Origin: a virus
Taxonomy: Duplodnaviria > Caudoviricetes
DNA: 34,655 nt
Virus record (IMG/VR): IMGVR_UViG_3300007959_000008
Span: 1 to 34,655 of that record
Reading direction: 5' to 3' (one strand)
Position numbers and translations under genes: made by a program. Below the pieces are notes generated by a model. That model saw only the letters and a program-made list of their open reading frames with translations, was not told the DNA's origin and ran no database searches. Of this stretch, positions 25,922 through 33,891 are shown one piece after another (within the stretch, counting starts at the first letter, position 1; each line of letters begins with the position of its first letter).

Positions 25922-27282
25922 TGGCGAGTCCATTGGAAATTAAGTTATCACGGCATCGGTATGGCTCTAGCTTATTGAACGGCTCCGAGATCACGCTGAC
26001 ACATTGGTATAGTCCGAAAGCGGGAAACGGCGTTGACGATATTACGGAAAGCATCCCGTTGCAACTAACGGGGTCACAGTCCGCCGTACAACTGACGATC
26101 AACAGCATCAATAAAATGCTGGATTGCGCACGGCAGTTCGATGAAAACGGGTACGGCGATCAGGTGGAATTGATGGTACGCGCAGGCACGGCGAGCGCGT
26201 GGCGCACCAGTCCGATTCGTGACGGGCGGTTATCTGTTACCGAGGAAAGTGTTCAGGCGGGGTTGTCATCCGGGGATCGTACCCCGGCCACGCTGAACAT
26301 CACTCGCGCCGGGTACTTCGAGGGCGGAACGGCTAACTTCATCCCGTTTTACAACGGGAACGGGACGGCGAACGCAACCGATGGAATCAACCTGCTCAAC
26401 TGCGCGGATAGCGGCGGGACCGCGCCCGCCTTGCGACAAAACTACGCTTATGTCAACCCGGCGGATATTCAAGGCGATTTACCCGCGCCGATGACCCTGT
26501 GGATTAGAAACGAGATAGACGGCGGGTCGGCGCTTCCAGTGAGTAAGTATTTCATTAGCGCAATGACTCCGCACTACGATGTAATTTCAAACGCCAATTA
26601 CTACCGTGATTTTTCGGGAACGGCGGACGCCACCTGTTCCGGCGGCGCGGCGGCGACCTATACGCTGTCCACGAGCGACGAAACGGATATGTTTACCGCC
26701 AACATTGCAAGCGCAACCACGTTCTTACAACTGGGGGGGGCACCCTATCACATCATCGCGCGGTTCCGCAATAACACGTCGCTGGCGAACGTAAAATTCA
26801 GACTGAAATTCAAATCTGGAACGACTACGGTTTGGGCGGGTCCGCAATTCACCCTGCCGAACACCAACATCATTCAGGACTTGGGCGTCGTCAACATGCC
26901 GCCGGGGGCATCTTTCGGGTGGGGCGATGGAAACCTTGTCATTTCAGGGCAACGCACAACGGCGTCATCCGAAACCATCGGGCTGGACTTCATCCAGTTT
27001 TTCGGGGGCGATTACGCCGAATTTACCGGAATCGTCAACGCCGGGGACCACGATTATTTATACATCGTGGGTAGATACGAAAAAATATACCGCCTGAATT
27101 CCTTCGGGAATTTCCCGGTGATGGACTGGACGGCCAACGGGAAAACCGCGTTGATGTTACGCCCCGGCGACTATAATATGCTGCTAATCCTGGCGCAGAC
27201 ATCGACGCCCGGAACGGCTGAAATCGGCCATTGGAACAAACTGGAAGGTTCCTATAGTCCGCGTTGGAGCCTGCCGCTATGA
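25921..27282 (+). CDS. Distal tail (Dit-like) protein, probably with an inserted beta domain
   Basis: Follows the tape measure gene; GDLPAP and LRPGDYN motifs; 453 aa. Confidence 0.7.
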   Translation: MASPLEIKLSRHRYGSSLLNGSEITLTHWYSPKAGNGVDDITESIPLQLTGSQSAVQLTINSINKMLDCARQFDENGYGDQVELMVRAGTASAWRTSPIRDGRLSVTEESVQAGLSSGDRTPATLNITRAGYFEGGTANFIPFYNGNGTANATDGINLLNCADSGGTAPALRQNYAYVNPADIQGDLPAPMTLWIRNEIDGGSALPVSKYFISAMTPHYDVISNANYYRDFSGTADATCSGGAAATYTLSTSDETDMFTANIASATTFLQLGGAPYHIIARFRNNTSLANVKFRLKFKSGTTTVWAGPQFTLPNTNIIQDLGVVNMPPGASFGWGDGNLVISGQRTTASSETIGLDFIQFFGGDYAEFTGIVNAGDHDYLYIVGRYEKIYRLNSFGNFPVMDWTANGKTALMLRPGDYNMLLILAQTSTPGTAEIGHWNKLEGSYSPRWSLPL

Positions 27283-28325
27283 AGCTAAACCCGGTCTTTA
27301 CCAACCTGGACTACACCACGCGCGTCATCAAACCCAACGTGACCTACAGCGTAGAGCGCATGAGCAACAACGCCATCGGCGGGCCGCGCCGGGCTGAAAT
27401 CCGCGTTGACGGGCGGGCGGCGGACCTGTGGGAGTTCGCGGAGTACCTGGGCTGCCCGGTGACGATCTACGACGATGTGGGGCGGGCGTGCTGGTGGGGC
27501 TACGTGCATGAATTCAAGGGCGGCGACGATGGGGCGCGTCTGTATTGCCGGGGATGGTGGGAGCGCGTTAGCTGGCGTTACTACCTGAACACGGGAACCA
27601 ACAGCGTCGCGACCACCACGCAGATCAGCGCGATCATCACCAATATGTCGCCGTTCATCACGGCGGTGGACATTGACGACGCTTCGGGCATCAACACCCC
27701 GGAAACGCGCGACGGGACGCGCCGGGGCATGGAAGAAATCGAGGAGCTATTGCAGGCCGGAACCACCGCCGGGAAGCGTCTGCTATGCAGCGTCAACGAC
27801 CAACGCCGGTTGCGCGTGTATGCCGAACCCACGTCGAGCGCAAGCGCGGATTTGGTGCTGACCGGAAAGATCGAATTTGGGGCGAGCCTGGACACGATGA
27901 CAAACAAATTGTGGGCGGTGTGGACCGCGCCGGGTTCGAGCGAGAGCCATAACACGGCGGTGGTTACGGATGCGGCTTCCGTGGCGGCATACGGACAGAA
28001 AAGCGAGGCCATCACGTTGTCGGCGGGGAGCGCGGCGCTGGCAGAACAGGCCCGCGACGGGGCGCTGGCGCGGCGCAAGCTGCCCATCCCAACGGTGGAC
28101 CTGAAAAGCGGGGAGGTCAGTTTCTTCACCGGCGTGAAAATCCCGCCCTACATGGTGACGGCCGGGCAATGGTTGCGGCTGAAGGACGTTATCCCGCAAT
28201 CGGTGGACACGACGCGGCTGGCGGACATCACAAAAATTTTCATGGAAGAGGTCGAGTGGAGCCAGTCGGGTGGGCTGCGCATTACGCCGCGCGACGTTCC
28301 GGGCCGCTATCAGGGAGGGTTGTGA
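27279..28325 (+). CDS. Tail tip/hub protein
   Basis: Gene order; WWGYV and DAASVAAYG motifs. Confidence 0.7.
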   Translation: MKLNPVFTNLDYTTRVIKPNVTYSVERMSNNAIGGPRRAEIRVDGRAADLWEFAEYLGCPVTIYDDVGRACWWGYVHEFKGGDDGARLYCRGWWERVSWRYYLNTGTNSVATTTQISAIITNMSPFITAVDIDDASGINTPETRDGTRRGMEEIEELLQAGTTAGKRLLCSVNDQRRLRVYAEPTSSASADLVLTGKIEFGASLDTMTNKLWAVWTAPGSSESHNTAVVTDAASVAAYGQKSEAITLSAGSAALAEQARDGALARRKLPIPTVDLKSGEVSFFTGVKIPPYMVTAGQWLRLKDVIPQSVDTTRLADITKIFMEEVEWSQSGGLRITPRDVPGRYQGGL

Positions 28326-29056
28326 TGGATAACATGCGCGAGTTGGAACGGCTGTTCAACAAGATGAAGCCGGTGGTTTTGGGCTGGACGCAGATCAATG
28401 ACGGTTGGATTCCCGCTGGCAGGACGTGGTTATACGGCAGCGCCACGACCATCGTCATTACCGGCGTTGACGCGCGGAGCGAATACCCGGCCGGGACACT
28501 GCTAAAGCTCACGCAAACGACCGTGAAATACTTCCGCGTTCTCTCCGCCACCTACCCCAGCACCTACACGCTACTGACCGTGACCGGCGGCGGGACGTAC
28601 TCGCTCGTCAACGACACCATCACGGCGAATTATCTGAGTTACGCCGCAACGCCGCAAGGGTTCCCCGACTGGTTCACGACCGGGTATCACCCTTTCAATC
28701 CGCCGCTGACCTCAACGTCATGGGATGGCGACGCCCATAGCACGACCGCAAAAACCGTGATTGACCTGAGTACGGTCTTTGCCGGGGTTCCAGCCAACGT
28801 CAAGGCGGTGGACGTGCGTCTGGTTGCGCGTGACCTGGGCAGCGCGGCGGCAACGTGCTTTTTTGGGGTGTCGCCAAACAACACGGCGAATAGCGTGGCC
28901 GTGGAAGTCTACCGCGATAAGGTGACGAATGACGCGCTGGACAGCAAAGAGGGCCGGTGTCCATGCGATGCAAACGGCGACATCTACTTTCAAATCGCAG
29001 CCAGCGGCGCGGGTACTCTTGATGCGTGGCTGGAAATCGTCGGTTACGAATACTAG
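28325..29056 (+). CDS. Putative tail fibre/receptor-binding protein
   Basis: Last tail gene; DGWIPA...SATT, PQGFPDWF and C-terminal beta domain ending IVGY. Confidence 0.65.
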   Translation: MDNMRELERLFNKMKPVVLGWTQINDGWIPAGRTWLYGSATTIVITGVDARSEYPAGTLLKLTQTTVKYFRVLSATYPSTYTLLTVTGGGTYSLVNDTITANYLSYAATPQGFPDWFTTGYHPFNPPLTSTSWDGDAHSTTAKTVIDLSTVFAGVPANVKAVDVRLVARDLGSAAATCFFGVSPNNTANSVAVEVYRDKVTNDALDSKEGRCPCDANGDIYFQIAASGAGTLDAWLEIVGYEY

Positions 29057-29063
29057 GGGGCGA

Positions 29064-29867
29064 ATGACAGCCAAAACCATTACTGCGATTATCGGTGATC
29101 TACACATCGGCGGCAATACCGCGCTCGCTCCTGACAAATTCACGATCCACCAACGCGACACGCGAGAGGAACAACTGGTACACGCCAACAAATTACAGGC
29201 GTGGTTATACGAGGGATGGGTTGACTATTGGAATTACGTGCGCTCGCTTGTGGGGCGCAAGAATCGCCTGATTGTCGTGCTGATGGGTGACTTGATCGAC
29301 GGGAACCATCACAACTCGCCGCAATTGGTGCAAGAGGTTGACGATCAAATACAGATTGCGCTTGACCTGTTACGCCCGATTGCGGATTCGTGCGCCGGGA
29401 TGTATGGCGTGTTGGGTACGGGCGTCCACGTGGGCGCGGCGGGCGGTGATGAAGTTTGGATTTACGAACGATTAGGGGCGGTCTACGCCCAACAATTGAC
29501 GCTGGACCTTGACGGTAAGGTCCACGACTTCGCGCACCACGGCAGGGCCGGACGCCGCGACTGGACATCAGCCGCCGCCGGGGTTGGGGCCGAGGTCATG
29601 CTGGATTACGCCGCGCAGGGGATGCGTCCACCGGATTACATCTGGCGCGGACATAACCATATCATCGATGACTCGGGCGTGAAGCTGCCGGGAACGCGGG
29701 TGATCTGCACCCCTAGCTGGCAGTTGAAAACCGAGTACGGCTGGAAGGTGGCATCCAATCGCGTGCGCTCCGATATTGGCGGGTTCGTGATGGATGGGAC
29801 GCGGTTAGATGACAGCCGTTGCAGATATTTTGGTCAACCGGATGGGAGGAGGGTTATAAAAGCATGA
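29064..29867 (+). CDS. Calcineurin-like metallophosphoesterase
   Basis: GDLHIG, GDLIDG, GTGVH, AHH, GHNH. Confidence 0.85.
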   Translation: MTAKTITAIIGDLHIGGNTALAPDKFTIHQRDTREEQLVHANKLQAWLYEGWVDYWNYVRSLVGRKNRLIVVLMGDLIDGNHHNSPQLVQEVDDQIQIALDLLRPIADSCAGMYGVLGTGVHVGAAGGDEVWIYERLGAVYAQQLTLDLDGKVHDFAHHGRAGRRDWTSAAAGVGAEVMLDYAAQGMRPPDYIWRGHNHIIDDSGVKLPGTRVICTPSWQLKTEYGWKVASNRVRSDIGGFVMDGTRLDDSRCRYFGQPDGRRVIKA

Positions 29868-30085
29868 CAGAATCCGAACTGTTAGACGCTCTGGCGGCGG
29901 AGTTGTATCTTGAGCCGCGACAGCCGGGGGATATTGACAAGGAACAATTAGCCGCGAAGATTGGCATTGGTGCGCGGCAAGCGGAGAACATCCTGAAAAG
30001 CAAGGCGGCGGCGGGCGAGTTGGTGCGCGTCAAGGTGCGCGACACCAACGGCAGGCCGCGATTCGTGTACAGGGCGAAAGCATAA
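29864..30085 (+). CDS. Small winged-HTH protein
   Basis: QLAAKIGIGARQAENIL...GELVRVK...GRPRFVY. Confidence 0.7.
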   Translation: MTESELLDALAAELYLEPRQPGDIDKEQLAAKIGIGARQAENILKSKAAAGELVRVKVRDTNGRPRFVYRAKA

Positions 30086-30100
30086 TTAGAAAGGATTGAA

Positions 30101-30325
30101 ATGAAGGAAACCGAGAAATACATTCACCACAATGTTGAGGTTAGCGTTATTTCGTCACAGAAGGGCGAACATTCGCAACGGTGCTTGTGCTACAACGGGT
30201 GCGTGTTTTTCAAGCCGGGAACGCCGGAAAACTGCCCGATTGCGCAGGGACTTTACGAGTACGACATAGCAAACCACGTTACAACGCCGGTCTTTGAGTG
30301 TCACAAGTACGACGCGCTCCAATGA
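30101..30325 (+). CDS. Small Cys-rich hypothetical protein
   Basis: AAAGGA RBS; CLC-x3-C...CPI...C. Confidence 0.7.
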   Translation: MKETEKYIHHNVEVSVISSQKGEHSQRCLCYNGCVFFKPGTPENCPIAQGLYEYDIANHVTTPVFECHKYDALQ

Positions 30326-30341
30326 CAGACTGGGGGAAAGT

Positions 30342-30731
30342 GTGAAACCAGAATATGACCGCATTGAGTTAGTATTTGAAAATTGCGCGTGTTTCAAAAT
30401 CTCGCCAGATGACGTGTTGTCGGTTTATCTCGACAAGATTACGGATAGTGTTTTTATCAACGCATCCGGTCAATTCATTCGAGAGAAACAATGCGAAAAG
30501 TTTTCCGCGCATTTCAAGGCGGGTATTATTGACAACCTCTACATGGGTGACGAATCTCTGCGCGACCACCTGAATATCTATAACGATCTTACGGGGATCG
30601 TCATCGTCAAGGGGAGCGAAGAATTATATATTCACGTTCCTTATGACATAGAAAACGGGTGCAGTAAAAATATTTTTATGACCACGAAATATGACGATAA
30701 CGGGGACATTGTGATTGAGGTGTCTTCGTGA
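30342..30731 (+). CDS. AT-rich hypothetical protein
   Basis: GGGGGA RBS before GTG 30342. Confidence 0.65.
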   Translation: MKPEYDRIELVFENCACFKISPDDVLSVYLDKITDSVFINASGQFIREKQCEKFSAHFKAGIIDNLYMGDESLRDHLNIYNDLTGIVIVKGSEELYIHVPYDIENGCSKNIFMTTKYDDNGDIVIEVSS

Positions 30732-30883
30732 CCTGGCACGCCCTCACCGTCGGCGTGTGCAATCAATGCTACCTGTGGCAGTTGGTCATGGCGGGCTGGC
30801 GGCCTGACTTCGAGAACAACCGCGCCGTGTTGTGGACGTGGCAACGGATGATCGACAAGACGCGGGTGGAGTGGCGTAAATAA
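30728..30883 (+). CDS. 51-aa Trp-rich hypothetical protein, not in the ORF track
   Basis: GAGGTG RBS, GTGA overlap, ends at the terminator. Confidence 0.45.
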   Translation: MTWHALTVGVCNQCYLWQLVMAGWRPDFENNRAVLWTWQRMIDKTRVEWRK

Positions 30884-30908
30884 AAAAGGCCGGTTACCCG
30901 GCCCTTTC
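30882..30908. terminator. Probable bidirectional terminator between the converging arms
   Basis: AAAAAA-GGCCGG-TTAC-CCGGCC-CTTT. Confidence 0.75.
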
Positions 30909-31154
30909 TCTCTCAATTAGCCCCTCGATTGTCCCGGTTATTCCGGCCGGTTGCTCTCGTAGCCAGTCAACCAACTCCTGCGGCAATCGTAGATTTACTG
31001 GTATTTTGGCCCCGGATGATTTCGGCTTCCTGCCTGGTTTCGTTTCCCACTTCCCCGACAACTCCCACGCCTCGCGCCCTATCGGGTCGTCGTCTGTGGT
31101 GGGGGCGCGACGCTGATGGCCTCCGCCAACATCAACAAGTTTATATTTTGGCAT
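30894..31154 (-). CDS. Ribbon-helix-helix DNA-binding protein, BrnA-antitoxin-like
   Basis: PGRKPK...KIPVNLRLPQELVDWLR; GAGGT RBS. Confidence 0.7.
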   Translation of the reverse strand: MPKYKLVDVGGGHQRRAPTTDDDPIGREAWELSGKWETKPGRKPKSSGAKIPVNLRLPQELVDWLREQPAGITGTIEGLIERERAG

Positions 31155-31161
31155 AGTTACC

Positions 31162-31413
31162 TCACAACCATAGCCAGATTGACCACGTAAACAATCCATT
31201 GTCCGGCATGAGCGCGATCATGTTGGCGTCCCGTTTGTCACAGACTGGGGCAAAATAATCATCCTGTTTCTGGCGGTAATTGCCGTAGTGTTTGCGCCCG
31301 TTGATAGTGATGATATAGTCATCCCCGTTGGTCATGTTGTCTTTGTCAAACATGGCCGCGATTTGCTTCGCGGTGAAGCGCTTCCCTTTGATCGTCAAAG
31401 TTTTTTGTGCCAT
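31162..31413 (-). CDS. Small hypothetical protein
   Basis: GGAGGGG RBS at the ribozyme 3' end. Confidence 0.75.
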   Translation of the reverse strand: MAQKTLTIKGKRFTAKQIAAMFDKDNMTNGDDYIITINGRKHYGNYRQKQDDYFAPVCDKRDANMIALMPDNGLFTWSIWLWL

Positions 31414-31424
31414 TTTATTCCCCT

Positions 31425-31477
31425 CCGGTTTCGGCCTGTCTGGGCCTCATCAGTACCGCGATTTAGCGGTAGACCGG
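31425..31477 (-). ncRNA. Type III hammerhead ribozyme
   Basis: CCGGUC / UACCGC-UAAAUC-GCGGUA / CUGAUGA / GGCC-CAGACA-GGCC / GAAACCGG: intact core, three perfect stems, GUC cleavage triplet. Confidence 0.93.
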
Positions 31478-31504
31478 GCCGGGGTGGTTGGCCCCGGCGG
31501 TGTG

Positions 31505-31741
31505 TTAGATTCCAGACTCGCGAGCCACGAAATCAACAACCTCGTTTGTGCTCATGTTTTGTCCGATCATGTCCCCGCACTGGGACACTGTAAAGGTCGG
31601 GTACTGGTTTTGATATTTGTTGCGCTGGATGATGATCCCAAACCCGGCGGGCTTTCCGATTTCATCGGAGCTAATTGAGGTCGTTTCTCCCTTGATTAGG
31701 GATGTAATTTTGTTTTTGATTTCCGATTTATTGATGGTCAT
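31505..31741 (-). CDS. Small hypothetical protein
   Basis: GAGGAG RBS, first gene after a promoter. Confidence 0.75.
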   Translation of the reverse strand: MTINKSEIKNKITSLIKGETTSISSDEIGKPAGFGIIIQRNKYQNQYPTFTVSQCGDMIGQNMSTNEVVDFVARESGI

Positions 31742-31785
31742 TTCTGCTCTCCTCTTGTGTCTGTCTGATCTCGTTTGATATATAC

Positions 31786-31836
31786 AGTATAGTCAGTATT
31801 GACGTAAATACAATATGACATATGTCACGTAAATAC
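31786..31836 (-). promoter_or_regulatory. Promoter with operator-like repeats
   Basis: TTGTAT-N16-TATACT, TATTG-N9-CAATA inverted repeat, TGACATATGTCA palindrome (31816-31827), ACGTAAATAC direct repeat (31802, 31827). Confidence 0.65.
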
Positions 31837-31874
31837 GTTCTATAAATGGAGTGGAAGCGGGGCTGTGGTAACCA

Positions 31875-32139
31875 ATAATAGACACGCAATGTCTATTATC
31901 TAAAACAAAATGAATGCACTTTATCAGTAAGCGCGTTCATTTTGTTGTTTAACAGATTTTGCAAAATGCGTTATACAAAAATAACAGCGATTATTTGAAT
32001 GGGGCGGGTTCGCATTAAACAAAAATCGCTGTACTTTTCGATAAGTACAGTGATTTTATTATTTAATGATTATTAAAACAACCGCGATTATTATATTCGT
32101 GATACTACTTTCGTGCGCGGAAGTGGTATCACTTTTGTT
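31875..32139. repeat. AT-rich non-coding array of long hairpins including a diverged tandem duplication
   Basis: Hairpins at 31875-31899, 31901-31952, 32014-32067 and 32099-32132. Confidence 0.8.
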
Positions 32140-32243
32140 GATAGTATTATCACTAGAATGAAAACTCGGAGCGCGACTCCTTAAATTCGCGTGAATTCGC
32201 GGAATGTGTGCAAACGCTCAGGGATTCGCTAAGGTTTTGCGCA

Positions 32244-32543
32244 CTACTTTATGACCTGCAATCCGGCGGTGTATCGCGCCTGATGTTTCACGGCCCCGGC
32301 GTGTTTCACGACCTGCCCCGGCGCGGGATACGCCCATTCTGTCGGCTGTTCCACTGGCGGCGGGTACGCCCATGATTCGGGCGTCGGCGTATCCCTCAAT
32401 TGTGAATAGTCATTGGTCGGCGTTGACAACGGGATAGCCGTAGTCAAGCCATGGGTATCGGCCAGCACCGGCTCGCCGACGAACAGCAGCGCGGCGAGCG
32501 CGAGCATTGACAGGCAAACGAGTAGCATCCGTTTATTGTTCAT
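32244..32543 (-). CDS. Small secreted Pro/Thr-rich protein
   Basis: Signal peptide ending VLA-D; WAYPPP and WAYPAP repeats; own GGAGGG RBS. Confidence 0.75.
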   Translation of the reverse strand: MNNKRMLLVCLSMLALAALLFVGEPVLADTHGLTTAIPLSTPTNDYSQLRDTPTPESWAYPPPVEQPTEWAYPAPGQVVKHAGAVKHQARYTAGLQVIK

Positions 32544-32562
32544 GTGTTATCCCTCCGTTTTC

Positions 32563-32590
32563 ATTATACGGCAGATTGCAATAATTACAA
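32563..32590 (-). promoter_or_regulatory. Sigma-70-type promoter
   Basis: TTGTAA-N16-TATAAT with an ATTG-N9-CAAT repeat over the -35 box. Confidence 0.7.
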
Positions 32591-33007
32591 TGACGATTCT
32601 CTCATCAGCCACGCCCTTGTCGCGGCCAGCGCCAGGGTGTCGCCGGTGGCCTCGTAGTCGTCGCCGTGAACAGGGTTACGCCCGAAGATTTCAACTTCGT
32701 AATACGGCGCGGGCAGCGGGTCGATGTTGTCAAGGTGGCCGCACGTTTCCTTGATGATGATGTACTCAACGCGGGTATCCTCGCCGGGGTACGTCATGCT
32801 ATCCAGCAGGTCAATGGCGGCGAGTTTGTCGTGCGGCCAATCGCGAATCTGAACCTGTTCATACTCAGTAAACCCGCCGATTTGACGAATAAGGCGTCCC
32901 CACATAACGTCACCGTCTATTTCACGAATCTTGGCATACCCCAGCGCCTGCGCCACGGCCAACCGCAGCGCGTCGCCGTCTAACGCCATGATTTCATCGC
33001 GGGTCAT
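32585..33007 (-). CDS. Phage protein, ABA-sandwich / NinX-like family
   Basis: LRLAVAQALGY...WPHDKLAAIDLL...TLALAATRAWL pattern. Confidence 0.6.
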   Translation of the reverse strand: MTRDEIMALDGDALRLAVAQALGYAKIREIDGDVMWGRLIRQIGGFTEYEQVQIRDWPHDKLAAIDLLDSMTYPGEDTRVEYIIIKETCGHLDNIDPLPAPYYEVEIFGRNPVHGDDYEATGDTLALAATRAWLMRESSL

Positions 33008-33255
33008 AAGTCACCGCCCTTCAGCGCCTTCTGCGCCATAGTCGTAATCTCCAATCCGCTTACGTTACCCATCCCGGCAAGCCCGCACTTGAAAATAATT
33101 TCGCCCAACGCCTCTCGCAGCCGCTTGTTTTCAGCCTCCAGCTCTGCGGCGCGTTTACCTTCCTTGCGCCATGCCGTCCGTAGACACAATGGACAAATCC
33201 CGTCAAAAATCGCCGTATCCTTTTCGGCTTCGCTGTGATTACAAGTATCGTTCAT
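33004..33255 (-). CDS. Small hypothetical protein
   Basis: AGGAGGGTG RBS; CNH...CPLC; coiled coil. Confidence 0.7.
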   Translation of the reverse strand: MNDTCNHSEAEKDTAIFDGICPLCLRTAWRKEGKRAAELEAENKRLREALGEIIFKCGLAGMGNVSGLEITTMAQKALKGGDL

Positions 33256-33267
33256 CTCACCCTCCTA

Positions 33268-33675
33268 CTACGGCCACACTTGCGTGCAACCCTTCGCCGT
33301 CAGCACGGCTATTGCTTCTTCCAGGCTGCCGCCGCCGATTACATAAGTGGTGATCTCCAACAGCCGCGCGAACCCGAACCGCTTGCACGGCTGTAGCACG
33401 TGATCGCCAACGCGCCCATCGTCCAATTTTTTCAGCACGTTGTAGCGTTCGCACGACTTGTTGACAAATACAGCTTGCACTTCATTGCTGCATCGAATCG
33501 CGTCCGCTTCTGTGTGCAACGCGGCGTGTTCGTTATAAGCCACGTCCACATTCACGTTCCCGAAGGTCAGCGGAACCAGTTTGAAAGCCGCAAAAATGAT
33601 GACTGCCGCGATGAAAAACTTTACGACCGGCGACATTCCGCCGCGCCTAGATTCAACATAGGGCATCGCGCTCAT
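33268..33675 (-). CDS. Membrane-anchored hypothetical protein
   Basis: N-terminal TM segment and four Cys in the soluble part; GGAGGAG RBS. Confidence 0.75.
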   Translation of the reverse strand: MSAMPYVESRRGGMSPVVKFFIAAVIIFAAFKLVPLTFGNVNVDVAYNEHAALHTEADAIRCSNEVQAVFVNKSCERYNVLKKLDDGRVGDHVLQPCKRFGFARLLEITTYVIGGGSLEEAIAVLTAKGCTQVWP

Positions 33676-33890
33676 TTCTCCTCCCGTTTCGGTAGTCCCA
33701 AAGCTCCAAGCGTATCATCGATGTCCCCCTGTTGTTCAGGCGTGATTTCAGGCGGGGTTGCGACCGCGCCCAAACCGCGCTCCAACTCGTCTCGGATTTC
33801 ATCCAGCAGGCCGGTGATTGATTCTATGTTGCCGTCCCAGCCCTGTATCATGCGTAGTGCGTTGATTACGGCAGTTGTCAGCGTGTCCAT
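33672..33890 (-). CDS. Small acidic hypothetical protein
   Basis: GAGGA RBS before ATG 33890; ATGA overlap with the next gene. Confidence 0.7.
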   Translation of the reverse strand: MDTLTTAVINALRMIQGWDGNIESITGLLDEIRDELERGLGAVATPPEITPEQQGDIDDTLGALGLPKREEK

Positions 33891-33891
33891 G

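Noticed and set aside
28325-29056. Diversity-generating retroelement or invertible tail fibre system
   Set aside because: No reverse transcriptase, recombinase or second copy of the fibre 3' end is visible in the window.
154-30916. Many overlapping alternative-frame and antisense ORFs in the track (e.g. 412-954, 8435-9268, 13744-14334, 24193-24771)
   Set aside because: They shadow well-supported genes in GC-rich DNA and lack RBSs or recognisable motifs.
31901-32067. Hairpins as integron attC sites or a CRISPR array
   Set aside because: No RYYYAAC/GTTRRRY boxes with cassette ORFs and no integrase. Repeats are not identical and there are no regular spacers.
32601-32608. Second CUGAUGAG on the minus strand, a possible hammerhead core
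   Set aside because: It lies inside a CDS and has no stem II, GAAA or stem III.
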